In this document: piece after piece, positions 8,699 to 17,443 of the stretch
How the letters are laid out: every line of letters begins with the position of its first letter
Position numbering within the stretch: position 1 is the stretch's first letter
Origin: Thermoplasmata archaeon
Lineage (GTDB): Archaea; Thermoplasmatota; Thermoplasmata; Lutacidiplasmatales; UBA184
Direction of reading: 5' to 3'
Length of the DNA stretch: 47,223 nt
Assembly (NCBI GenBank): GCA_049799275.1
Contig: JBARHO010000247.1
Coordinates: 1 to 47,223, forward strand
Position numbers and translations under genes: made by a program
Notes under the pieces: generated by a model
Databases searched by the model: none
Seen by the model: only the letters and a program-made list of their open reading frames with translations
Told to the model about the DNA's origin: nothing

Positions 8699-8838
8699 TG
8701 GTCTTGAGAAAACCGCGTGCGAATTATATAGTCCGGACCTATTGGCCAGATTAGTTCATAACCGGAAGGATAGTCAGTGACTGCTTGGTTACGGAGTATG
8801 CACGGGTGGTCTCGTCCCCCCTCGTCTGGGACCGAGCG

Positions 8839-9357
8839 ATGCGTGAGGTCCTCGTGATGCGGAAACCGGTCTCGGATCTGGATCGACGTTTCCGCGAGTT
8901 CACCGTGATGGCCGAGACGTTCTCCCGAGAGTTCGTGGCCCATTCCGGTCCCATCCTATCTCGCGACCCCGTTCGTTCGGCCGCGCTCAATCTCGACCTC
9001 GCCAAGACGGTGTTCGGAAAGTGGTCGATCGAGATCTTGACGGTCCTCTACACGGCGAAGACCGTGGGCTTTGAGGATCTGCGCCGGAGCCTCCGCGGGA
9101 TCAGCGCGCGGGTGCTCTCCCAAAAGCTTCGGGTCCTGGAGGATCGGGGTCTCGTGCACCGGAACGTCCTCCCTACCCGACCGACCCGCGTCCAATACTC
9201 CCTGACACCGGATGGTCTCACCGTGGCAAAGCTCGGTGAGCCGGTCTTCCTGTACCTGCGGTACCGGGGGGACGGCGGCCAGGGCGGAGGGGGCCACGAC
9301 CAGAACGTGGACTGGACCTCCATGCCGACCGGGACCTCCGGTGTGGCCCGAACCTGA
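8839..9357 (+). CDS. HxlR-family winged-helix transcriptional regulator
   Basis: GKWSIEILTVLYTAKTVGFEDLRRSLRGISARVLSQKLRVLEDRGLVHRNV...VQYSLTPDG. The start is uncertain: TTG 8785, or ATG at 8839, 8857 or 8908. Confidence 0.7.
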   Translation: MREVLVMRKPVSDLDRRFREFTVMAETFSREFVAHSGPILSRDPVRSAALNLDLAKTVFGKWSIEILTVLYTAKTVGFEDLRRSLRGISARVLSQKLRVLEDRGLVHRNVLPTRPTRVQYSLTPDGLTVAKLGEPVFLYLRYRGDGGQGGGGHDQNVDWTSMPTGTSGVART

Positions 9358-9550
9358 TCCGTTGGACCATTCTCGGGCGACGGGACGCTCGATCCCCCGC
9401 TTGGATGGAACGAAGATCCCCTGGGCCCTTTTTCATTCTGTGCCGGTCCTCTAGGTCACCTACTCCCGTCGGGAGACTGCCAGCGCCTCGGGTGCACGGT
9501 GCCCAGCAAGGTCTTACTCATCCGGGTCTCGTATCGCCCCTCCTCCAGTG

Positions 9551-10078
9551 ATGCAGATCCTTCTTGTCCGCCACGGACCGGCCGCCACCCGGGACCCCGC
9601 CCGCTGGCCTGGGGACGAGGGACGACCCCTCACCCGCGAAGGGCGGGAACAGACCCGTCTGGTCGCTAGAGGTCTGGCCCGTCTGGGACTCCCGCGACCG
9701 CTGCTCGTGAGCAGCCCGCTCACCCGGGCCCGGTCGACGGCCGAGATCGTTCGCAAGGATCTCTCTTCGATCCTGCCTCTCCAGCTGTGGGAGGAGCTCC
9801 GACCCGGCGGTTCGGCCGTCGATACCCTGAAGCACGTCGGCCGGGCGAAGCGGAGGACACCGCTCGTCCTTCTCGTCGGGCACGAGCCCGAGCTGAGCAA
9901 GATCATCGGGCTGGCCCTGACCGGGGAATCGATCGGACTGACCCGTCTCAAGAAGGCCGGTGCGGCGCTGCTCTCGTTCTCGGGCGGCGTGGTCCCGAGC
10001 GGTGGAGAGCTCGAATGGCTCCTTACCCGGAGACAGCTCATCGCCCTGGGACGGGCGAAAGGCAAGCGGCGGATCTAG
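9551..10078 (+). CDS. sixA: Histidine phosphatase superfamily protein, SixA-like phosphohistidine phosphatase
   Basis: N-terminal LLVRHGPA (RHG motif), SSPLTRARSTAE and GHEPEL. About 175 aa. Confidence 0.7.
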   Translation: MQILLVRHGPAATRDPARWPGDEGRPLTREGREQTRLVARGLARLGLPRPLLVSSPLTRARSTAEIVRKDLSSILPLQLWEELRPGGSAVDTLKHVGRAKRRTPLVLLVGHEPELSKIIGLALTGESIGLTRLKKAGAALLSFSGGVVPSGGELEWLLTRRQLIALGRAKGKRRI

Positions 10079-10842
10079 TCCAGCTCGGCCTGCACCGGCG
10101 AGGAGAGCGTTCGCACGCGCGCTTCCTCCTTGGAGCGGGCCTCGGCCTCGACGCGCACCTGCGAGCCGTAGACGGACGCGAGGATCGTCTTCACGTCCCG
10201 GTGGACCTGGAGCGGGGGCCGATTGGCATCGACCCGCGAGAAACCGTACTCCTTGGCCATCCACTCGAACTCGTCGCTCAGGAGCTTCTGGTAGAGGAAG
10301 AAGCTCTCGAACCGGTCGCGCGACAGGGAGAGGTCCATCCCGCTCTCCCAGTAATCGAGGGAGCCGTACTTCGAGATGGCGCGATGCAAGAGGATGTCGC
10401 TGCTCGCGTCCAGGAAGATGGTGAGATCGGGGACGAGCGCGAAGCCATAGAGCTTCCGGGCCCAGTCGCGGGAGGCGCCCCGGACCGTCGCGCGCGCCAT
10501 CAGGGTGTAGATGTAGCGGTCGGCGAGAACGGTGCTGCCGGCCGACATCGCCGGGATGATCTTGTTCTCGAGCTGGTCCGCGAAATCGGCGGCGTACATC
10601 AGGGCCAGCGTGGTCGCTCCGAGCGTATGGCCCTGCTTCGCCTCATCGATCTGCTTCATGACCAGCGTCGATCGACGAAGCCCCGTATCGACGACCGGCC
10701 GGCCCTGGATCTCGAGCCATTCGCGGAGGAGCTCGACCTCGGTCGTCCGTCCCGAGCCGTCGGCCCCTTCGAGGACGATGAGCTTGCCGCGCAACGGCTC
10801 CTTCGGCATCCCGGGGATCGGCGTTCCGAACGTCTTACGCAT
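10075..10842 (-). CDS. Thymidylate kinase-like P-loop kinase, paralog 2
   Basis: LIVLEGADGSGRTT P-loop and ADRYIYT (DRY-type motif), with a long C-terminal tail. The alternative start at 10809 removes the 8-nt overlap with paralog 1. Confidence 0.65.
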   Translation of the reverse strand: MRKTFGTPIPGMPKEPLRGKLIVLEGADGSGRTTEVELLREWLEIQGRPVVDTGLRRSTLVMKQIDEAKQGHTLGATTLALMYAADFADQLENKIIPAMSAGSTVLADRYIYTLMARATVRGASRDWARKLYGFALVPDLTIFLDASSDILLHRAISKYGSLDYWESGMDLSLSRDRFESFFLYQKLLSDEFEWMAKEYGFSRVDANRPPLQVHRDVKTILASVYGSQVRVEAEARSKEEARVRTLSSPVQAELD

Positions 10843-11512
10843 GGGTCAGCATCTCCGTCTTCGGGAAGTGGTTCAGGAGCGGTCGGATCTCCTTGCGGAC
10901 CGTCGAGAGCACGTTCTCGACGGGTCGGTCCGCCTCGATGATCGCCAAGCGGTCCGTGCTCGCGAGGTGGTCGTACCCCCGCTTGAGGCGGGTCTGGAAC
11001 TTCTCGTAGCTGTCGACGACGTCGTCGGAGAGATGGAGGTCCATCCCGGCCTCGTAGTAGGAGATCGGCTGGCGCGAGGCCAGCTTGCGCCGGAGCGACG
11101 TCTGGACCGGGACGCGAAAGTAGAACGTGATGTCCGGTCGGGGAGCGAAGTCGTAGATGTTCCGGACCCAGTCCGGGTCGCACCCCCGCGCCGTGTCCCG
11201 GACGAACGCGGTGTAGACGTACCGGTCGCAGACAACGATGTAGCCCGCCCGCAGGGGAGGAAGGATGTGGCGCTCGAACCGGTCCGCGAAATCGGTGGCG
11301 TGGAGGAGCGAGAACGTCGTCGGGGTCAGGAGGCCCTTCTTCTTGCCCCGGCGGATGATCCGCGAGACGAGCTCGGAGGAGTTCCACTCCGTGAAGAAGA
11401 CCCGGTAGCCCCGGGAGGCCAGCCACTTCATCAGGAGACGGGCCTGGGTGGACTTTCCGCTCCCGTCGAGCCCCTCGAACACGAGGAGCCGGCCCGCATA
11501 GGGACGGGTCAT
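10835..11512 (-). CDS. tmk: Thymidylate kinase-like P-loop kinase, paralog 1
   Basis: LLVFEGLDGSGKSTQARLL, CDRYVYTAF and RPDITFYF (PDLT-like). 225 aa, typical Tmk length. Confidence 0.7.
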   Translation of the reverse strand: MTRPYAGRLLVFEGLDGSGKSTQARLLMKWLASRGYRVFFTEWNSSELVSRIIRRGKKKGLLTPTTFSLLHATDFADRFERHILPPLRAGYIVVCDRYVYTAFVRDTARGCDPDWVRNIYDFAPRPDITFYFRVPVQTSLRRKLASRQPISYYEAGMDLHLSDDVVDSYEKFQTRLKRGYDHLASTDRLAIIEADRPVENVLSTVRKEIRPLLNHFPKTEMLTHA

Positions 11513-11525
11513 CTCGGCGACGGGC

Positions 11526-13079
11526 TTAGTTGGCGTCGGTCATCACCTCGAGGCCCAGCACGCGTCGGAACGGTTTACGTAGACGCTCGGTCGTCCGGTC
11601 CGACGGGGCGAGCCATTTGGGCCCCGCGGGGCGGATGATGAGCGCCCGCGGCGAGCGACGCAACCGGAAGCGGACCGCGGAACCGTCCAGCGTCTCTGCG
11701 GTGAACAACAAGAGGCCTAGCCCGCGCGCGATCGTGTCGTCCCGGGGGCGAAGAGGGGGTCGCCACTGATGCACCCAGTCCCCGGGAGGCTCATCGCCCT
11801 CATGCATCGCGGCCGCGAGGGAGGCCAGCAGCGTCTGGCGATGGGAGAGCCCGAAGACCGCCGCGTGGCGCAAGAGGTAGGCCGAGTGGACGGGGTGTCG
11901 CCAGATCTCGATCACGCTGCCGACATCGTGCATCCAGGCCGCGACCATGAGCGCCAATCGCTCCTCGCGCTGCCATCCGTACCGACCGGCGAGGAGGTCG
12001 AACAGCTCGACCGCGGTGCGGCAGACCTGATCGCCGTGCGGGAGGGAGAAGCCGAACGCCCGGGCCGCCGCGGTCACGGACCGGTGGGCGAGGATCTCGG
12101 ACGGGCCCGGTAGCGGGACCTGGAGCCGGTCGTAGACGATCCCCTCGCGGATACCGGTCCCGCTGACGGTGATGCCGGGAAGGTCGAACCGGTCCAAGAG
12201 CTCCTCGGCGACGAGGCAGCCGGCGATGATGACGTCGGCCCGGTGCCCGCTCAACCCTTCGATGTCCCGGCGCCGGTCGGTCTTGAGATGAACGAACCGC
12301 TCGCACAGCTCCTCGATCTCGACCCGGGAGAGGGCATACCCATGTACCTGGGGGAGCGGATAGTGACGGTGGGAGATCGACACGCGCGCGACGCTCCGCA
12401 TGGTGCCCCCGACCGCGAAGAGCTTGGAGTCCTTCCGGGGCTGGAAGCGGGGGACGTGCCGGAGCTCGGCCTCGACGTGGGAACGGAGATCGTCGATCTC
12501 GTGGCGCTTGGGGGGATCGTGGCGGAGGAACCGGTCGGTCAGTCGAAGGGCGCCGAGCCGCACGCTCTCGACGTGGTCGATCTTTCCCTCCTGGGTCGTG
12601 ATGGCCTGAAGGGACCCTCCTCCGAGGTCGAAGATCGCGTCCCGGTCGAGCTCCCAGGCCCCGGCGACCCCGAGGTACGCCAGCCGGGCCTCCTCCTCTG
12701 GAGGGATGATACGGAGCGCGATGTTCGCGTCCCGACGGACCCGGCGCACGAACTCGGGACCGTTCGGCGCATCCCGGACCGCGCTCGTCGCGACCGCGAT
12801 GACCGGGGGTTCGCCCATCATCTCGAGCTGTCGAGCGAACCGTCGCATCGCCCGGTACCCGCGCTCGATCGCCGCGGGCGCCAGGGAGTGATCGGGACCG
12901 AGGTCCTGTCCGAGACGCGGGATCTCCTTCGTCTCGTAGACGGAGCGTAGGCCACCCGCCGGTGTGGTCTCGAACAGCACCAGCCGGGTCGTGTTGGAGC
13001 CCACATCGATCACCGCGATGTCCGCGGTGGGGTTCACTCCGTGCGCGAGATCGCTGCGGACCAGCTCGACCTCCGACAT
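11526..13079 (-). CDS. ppx: Exopolyphosphatase / guanosine pentaphosphate phosphohydrolase (Ppx/GppA family)
   Basis: IAVIDVGSNTTRLVLFE, FDLGGGSLQ (ASKHA phosphate motifs), and a C-terminal HD-like helical domain (WMHDVGS). Confidence 0.85.
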   Translation of the reverse strand: MSEVELVRSDLAHGVNPTADIAVIDVGSNTTRLVLFETTPAGGLRSVYETKEIPRLGQDLGPDHSLAPAAIERGYRAMRRFARQLEMMGEPPVIAVATSAVRDAPNGPEFVRRVRRDANIALRIIPPEEEARLAYLGVAGAWELDRDAIFDLGGGSLQAITTQEGKIDHVESVRLGALRLTDRFLRHDPPKRHEIDDLRSHVEAELRHVPRFQPRKDSKLFAVGGTMRSVARVSISHRHYPLPQVHGYALSRVEIEELCERFVHLKTDRRRDIEGLSGHRADVIIAGCLVAEELLDRFDLPGITVSGTGIREGIVYDRLQVPLPGPSEILAHRSVTAAARAFGFSLPHGDQVCRTAVELFDLLAGRYGWQREERLALMVAAWMHDVGSVIEIWRHPVHSAYLLRHAAVFGLSHRQTLLASLAAAMHEGDEPPGDWVHQWRPPLRPRDDTIARGLGLLLFTAETLDGSAVRFRLRRSPRALIIRPAGPKWLAPSDRTTERLRKPFRRVLGLEVMTDAN

Positions 13080-13197
13080 CCGCCGGTGGAATCACGTCCC
13101 TTCAGATACGTAAACCCGCCGGGCCGATCGAAGTCCCGACGGCCCGTGTATGTGCTGGTGTATAGAGAGGCCGGCGATCCCTGCGAAAGGGCCTGGC

Positions 13198-14085
13198 TCA
13201 CCGGGGCGCCGGCGGGAACCGTGCGACGGCCTTCCGGACCTTCTTCTTGGAAAGGGTGCGATGGATCCGTCGGGCCCATTTCCTCCGAGAACGGACCGCG
13301 TGGCGTTCGAGGCAATCGGCCGTGATCCTCGGCGGCGCGTGGGCGATCGTCCGCTGGAGGACATCGAAGTCGTGGAGGCGCCCGATGCGATGCTGGAGCC
13401 GGACGAGAGGGACCACCGGCGAGCCCCCGGCCGGCCCAGGGCCCGATCCGACCTCGCTCAGGAGGTCCCGGGAGTTGCGGATCTCCTTGCGGAGCTGGTG
13501 CAGGCGGCGGGACGAGGGCCTTCCGTGGGCCTTCCGCAACGCCCGCTTGAGACGACGGTGGCGTCGCGCCAGTTCGTCCCCGAGCGCCGAGCTGAACTTG
13601 TCCTCGGTCGCGGAGGGAGGGCGCTCGATCATCTGGGTGACCTGCTCGAGGGCCTTCCGGGTCCCCGCGCCGCGCAGGAGCCGACCCAGGGCGGCCCGAC
13701 GTTGTTCCCTCAGGGCCCGGACGTGGTCCAGTACGGCGTCCACCTCGTCGGCGGAGACCTCCGAGGCCCGGCCATCCAGCCCGTTGAGCATCTCTTCCAT
13801 CACGTCCGAGTCCCGGACCGCCCCGAGCGCGCGAGCGATGGAGCGCAGCCGAGCATCCACGGACCTCAGAGCGGGATCGATCGGGTCGCCCGCGATCCGC
13901 TCCACCACGGCGAGGTCGAGGCGGAGCCGGCGTACCTGACGGTGGAGCTCATGGACCCCCTCGGGGGCCATGGCGGTCCCGCCGCCGTGCCCATCGAACC
14001 CTTGTTCCACCGAGGCGATCTGACGTCGCAGGTGGGCAAAGAACGATCGAGCGCCCGGAGCCGGGAACGTGGGACGAGAGGACAT
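13198..14085 (-). CDS. CHAD domain-containing protein (polyphosphate-associated)
   Basis: Repeated conserved His/Arg helices: VHELHRQVRRLRLDL, LHQLRKEIRNSRDLLEV, LQHRIGRLHDFDVL. Start taken at the ATG giving MSSRPTF; the track ORF extends to 14151. Confidence 0.65.
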   Translation of the reverse strand: MSSRPTFPAPGARSFFAHLRRQIASVEQGFDGHGGGTAMAPEGVHELHRQVRRLRLDLAVVERIAGDPIDPALRSVDARLRSIARALGAVRDSDVMEEMLNGLDGRASEVSADEVDAVLDHVRALREQRRAALGRLLRGAGTRKALEQVTQMIERPPSATEDKFSSALGDELARRHRRLKRALRKAHGRPSSRRLHQLRKEIRNSRDLLSEVGSGPGPAGGSPVVPLVRLQHRIGRLHDFDVLQRTIAHAPPRITADCLERHAVRSRRKWARRIHRTLSKKKVRKAVARFPPAPR

Positions 14086-14188
14086 GGTACGAAGATAGAG
14101 AGCCCCCGATCGCACTTGAAGGTCCCCTTGAGCGCGCGGGGACATGCGCATCGGCCATGCAACCCCCCGGTGCTAGAGAGCGCTCAGG

Positions 14189-14294
14189 TCCCGGCTGCCT
14201 GACTCGAACAGGCGACCTGAGGATGTCCACGGGGGCCGCCGGTGACCGGCGGTCGCTACTACAGTCCCCCGCTCTACCACTGAGCTAAGCCGGG
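14189..14294 (-). tRNA. tRNA-Tyr (anticodon GTA) with a 34-nt intron
   Basis: Reverse strand: acceptor CCCGGCT/AGCCGGG, D arm TAGCTCAGTGGTAGAGC, anticodon stem GGGGA/TCCTC with loop CT-GTA-G[intron]A, T arm GCCTG-TTCGAGT-CAGGC. Confidence 0.85.
14225..14258 (-). other. tRNA-Tyr intron at the canonical 37/38 position
   Basis: 34 nt (TAGCGACCGCCGGTCACCGGCGGCCCCCGTGGAC on the RNA strand) interrupting the anticodon loop after position 37. It contains its own GC helix. Confidence 0.75.
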
Positions 14295-14318
14295 TACCGG
14301 TCGGGAGCGGGGGGGGTC

Positions 14319-14966
14319 CTATAAGCCTTCGTTCGAACGACCGAGGGCCTCGAGGATCCGGCGGCTCACCTCGGCCAGTGTTCCCGTGGCATCGATCGTG
14401 CGCAGCGATCCCGACTTCTGGTAGTGGGCGAGGAGCGGCGCGGTCTTCTCCCGGTACACCGAGAGACGCGTCCGGACCGCCGACTCGGTATCGTCCGAGC
14501 GCTGTACCAGCGGGGTCCCGTCGTTATCGCAGATCCCCGGCCGCTGGGGTGGTCGGGTCTTGAGGTTGTACGCCGTGCCGCACTTCGGGCACGTCCACCG
14601 CTGGGTCAATCGCTCCACCAGATCGGCCTCGGGGATCTCGAAGGCCAGGACGACATCGATCGGGGTGATCTTGGCCAGCTCCTCCGCCTGCGCGATGTTG
14701 CGCGGGTACCCATCGAGGAGGAACCCGTTCTGGGCATCGGGTTCCGCCAAGCGTTCCTTGAGGATCCGGAGCACGAGATCGTCCGGGACGAGCTGTCCCT
14801 GGGTCATGAACCGGTCCGCCTCGAGCCCCAGCGGCGTCCGTCGCGACACGGCCGCGCGCAGAAGGTCCCCCGTCGAAAGGTGGGGGATCCCCAGCCGCCG
14901 AGAGAGCTCGGCGGCCTGGGTCCCCTTTCCGGCACCGGGCGGTCCCACCAGGACGATCCGGGGCAT
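14319..14966 (-). CDS. adk: Adenylate kinase (long form with Zn-finger-like LID)
   Basis: IVLVGPPGAGKGTQA, and a LID with CPKCGTAYN...ICDNDG. Confidence 0.95.
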   Translation of the reverse strand: MPRIVLVGPPGAGKGTQAAELSRRLGIPHLSTGDLLRAAVSRRTPLGLEADRFMTQGQLVPDDLVLRILKERLAEPDAQNGFLLDGYPRNIAQAEELAKITPIDVVLAFEIPEADLVERLTQRWTCPKCGTAYNLKTRPPQRPGICDNDGTPLVQRSDDTESAVRTRLSVYREKTAPLLAHYQKSGSLRTIDATGTLAEVSRRILEALGRSNEGL

Positions 14967-15004
14967 GGGCGCACCGACCCCATCGAGAGTATAGCGATTT
15001 GCGG

Positions 15005-15748
15005 TCAGCCGACCCGGGTCCCGTGGAACGCGAGCCCGCGCAGGGCCGCTTCGAGGTTGTCGAGGTCGCGCCCGTTCACGATCCGCAGCGGGATCCCGGC
15101 GCGCGCGAGGAGGTCGGCCCCGAGCCGGTCGAAGACGTACTCCTGGCCCGCCTCTTGCACTCCCGTGGCCTGCTGGACCATGTGCCGGAACTTGGACCAG
15201 GTCAGTCGGGGGAGCAAGCGGGCGCCCGGGACCTTCCGGGGATCGGCGTCGTAGACCCCATCGACCCGGGTGGCGTTGACCAATCGGCTCGCCCGGAGCC
15301 GGGCCGCCAGGAGCGCCGCGACCCCATCGGTCGTGTGGCCCGGTTCGGTGCCTCCCAGGACCACCAGCGAACCCCGGTGGGCCTCATGGACGGCGGCCGC
15401 GATGGAGGTCGGTGGATGGGCGGGGGCCGGTGGCCCGATACGGGCCGCGAGGATCCGGGCATGGAGCCGCGTCACCTCGATCCCGATCTCGTCGAGCTCC
15501 ACCTCGGTCAGTCCGAGCGCTCGCCCCAATCGGATGTACTCGCGCGCCGTTCGACCACCGCCCGTCGTGACGACGAGCGGGAACTCGCGTTCCAGCGTGC
15601 GCAGGAGCTGGGAGAGCTTGTCGATGTACACGGCGTCCCCGTCCCCGGTCGCGAGCACCGAGCCGCCGACCGACAGCACGACCGGGGCCCTCCGCGGACG
15701 GCGAGAACGGATCGGGGCCATCGGGCGCCGGACGAGGGGAGGGGACAT
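15005..15748 (-). CDS. pyrH: UMP kinase, archaeal type
   Basis: VLSVGGSVL, VVTTGGGRTAREYI, LGGTEPGHTTDGVAALLA. The start is uncertain (15748 or the ATG at 15721). Confidence 0.85.
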   Translation of the reverse strand: MSPPLVRRPMAPIRSRRPRRAPVVLSVGGSVLATGDGDAVYIDKLSQLLRTLEREFPLVVTTGGGRTAREYIRLGRALGLTEVELDEIGIEVTRLHARILAARIGPPAPAHPPTSIAAAVHEAHRGSLVVLGGTEPGHTTDGVAALLAARLRASRLVNATRVDGVYDADPRKVPGARLLPRLTWSKFRHMVQQATGVQEAGQEYVFDRLGADLLARAGIPLRIVNGRDLDNLEAALRGLAFHGTRVG

Positions 15749-15813
15749 CTTACTTCCGCTCGAACGACCGGGCGAACGGTTATCAGGTTCGCCGTCACCG
15801 ACGACCGATAGCG

Positions 15814-16533
15814 ATGGCCGCGATGACCGAGGTGGAGGCCGAGAAGCAGCGGGCCGCGGTCGTCGCGGTGGACCGCGTCCGGCCCGGGATGGTCCTCGCG
15901 CTCGGTACCGGCTCGACCGCCGCCTACGCGGTCCGGGCGCTCGCCGCGCGACTTCCTGAGCTCGCCTCGCTCGTGACCGTGGCCAGTTCGAGGGCCACGG
16001 AGGATCTGGCGCGGAACCTCGGGCTCCGGGTGCGGGACCTCGAGGCCGACGAAGAGTTCGACCTGATGATCGACGGGGCGGATGAGGTCGGGCCGCATCT
16101 CGAGCTGACCAAGGGCGGCGGAGGGGCGATGTTCCGGGAGAAGTTCCTGGCCCGCCTTTCCAAGGAGATCGTGATCGTGGTGGACCACACGAAGCTGGTG
16201 GACCATCTCGGGAGCCGGGTCCCCATCCCGATCGAGGTCGTCCCGTTCGCCCGTCCGGTGATCATCCGCCAGCTGGCCCGCCGCGGGTTGGCGGCCCGAT
16301 CGCGCATGGGGGGCACCGAGGTGGTGCGGACCGACAACGGCAACGAGATCCTCGACCTCTTCCCGTTCCCTCCGCTCACGGACCCGAAGGCGCTGGACCG
16401 GGAGCTCCGGGACATTCCGGGCGTCGTCGAGACGGGGATCTTCATCGATCTGGCCGACCGCGTCCTCGTCGGTCTCACGGACGGGTCCGTTCGTGAGATA
16501 TTGCCCAGCTCCCCTCGAACGCGGAGCGGGTAG
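15814..16533 (+). CDS. rpiA: Ribose-5-phosphate isomerase A
   Basis: LGTGSTAAYA, IDGADEV, LTKGGGGAMFREK. Confidence 0.9.
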   Translation: MAAMTEVEAEKQRAAVVAVDRVRPGMVLALGTGSTAAYAVRALAARLPELASLVTVASSRATEDLARNLGLRVRDLEADEEFDLMIDGADEVGPHLELTKGGGGAMFREKFLARLSKEIVIVVDHTKLVDHLGSRVPIPIEVVPFARPVIIRQLARRGLAARSRMGGTEVVRTDNGNEILDLFPFPPLTDPKALDRELRDIPGVVETGIFIDLADRVLVGLTDGSVREILPSSPRTRSG

Positions 16534-16617
16534 CGGCCCGCGACGATCCGCCTCCCCTGCCGTCAGCTTTAATGCGCGCGCCCGGTTCGCCGGCCCCCCG
16601 CTCGCACGAGGTAGTAC

Positions 16618-17400
16618 ATGGAAGGAAAGTACGTCAAGACCCGGGTCGACGACCACATCGGTTTCATCGAGATCTCCAAGGGAAAGGCCAACACCTACGA
16701 TCTCGACATGATGCGCGACCTCGATGCGGCCATCGAGGAGCTCCGCTTCGACGACCAGGCGCGGGCGATCGTCCTCACGAGCGCGCTCAGCGGCTTCTTC
16801 AGCGCGGGCGCGGACATCGAGATGCTCCGCAAGAGCCAGCCGGACTTCAAGGCGATGTTCTGCCTGCACTGCCAGGAGACGCTCAACAAGTTCGCCTCGA
16901 CGCCGAAGATCGTGATCGCCGCGATCAACGGCCACTGCGTCGGAGGCGGCCTCGAGATCGCCCTCTCCTGCGATCTGCGGATGATGGCCCAGGGTTCGGG
17001 CAAGATCGGTCTACCGGAAGTGACCCTCGGGGTCCTTCCCGGGACCGGCGGCACCCAGCGGTTGCCGCGCCTCGTCGGGACCTCCCGGGCGCTCGACATG
17101 ATGATCACGGGGAAGCTCCTGACACCGGACGAGGCGCTCGCGATCGGGCTCGTCAATTACGTGTACCCGAAGGAGTCGTTCCAGCAGGACGTCCTCGCGT
17201 ACGCGAGCGCGTTGACCCACGGACCCTCTCGCGCCGTGAACCTCATCAAACGCTCCGTGATGGAAGGGGTCGAGATGCCGCTCACCGCGGGCCTGGCGCT
17301 CGAACGGGAGCTCCAGAACCGGCTCTTCATCACCGAGGACGCGAAAGAAGGGCTCAGTGCCTTCGCAGAAAAGAGAAAGCCCGCCTTCCAGGGGCGTTGA
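16618..17400 (+). CDS. Enoyl-CoA hydratase/isomerase (crotonase) family protein
   Basis: FFSAGADI and [24 protein letters not shown]. 260 aa. Confidence 0.85.
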   Translation: MEGKYVKTRVDDHIGFIEISKGKANTYDLDMMRDLDAAIEELRFDDQARAIVLTSALSGFFSAGADIEMLRKSQPDFKAMFCLHCQETLNKFASTPKIVIAAINGHCVGGGLEIALSCDLRMMAQGSGKIGLPEVTLGVLPGTGGTQRLPRLVGTSRALDMMITGKLLTPDEALAIGLVNYVYPKESFQQDVLAYASALTHGPSRAVNLIKRSVMEGVEMPLTAGLALERELQNRLFITEDAKEGLSAFAEKRKPAFQGR

Positions 17401-17443
17401 GACTTTAAGGGGCCCGGGCCTCCGTAAGAACACCGAGGGTACC

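Noticed and set aside
8293-8838. Assignment of the structured region to RNase P RNA or SRP (7S) RNA
   Set aside because: I searched both strands by eye for the universal RNase P CR-I (GAGGAAAGUCC) and CR-V (ACAGAA..GGCUUA), and for the SRP helix-8 GGAA-GGAAGCAG core. None was found, so the region is left unassigned.
8260-8943. 227-aa reverse ORF covering the tRNA-Gly and the ORF-free region
   Set aside because: It overlaps a well-formed tRNA, has no protein-like composition or motif, and is replaced by the structured-RNA hypothesis.
11800-13095. 431-aa out-of-frame ORF on the same strand as ppx, plus 41310-42863(+) 517 aa opposite the cyclase
   Set aside because: Same reasoning: these are alternative-frame or antisense artefacts of high GC. 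Ppx and the cyclase have unambiguous signatures.
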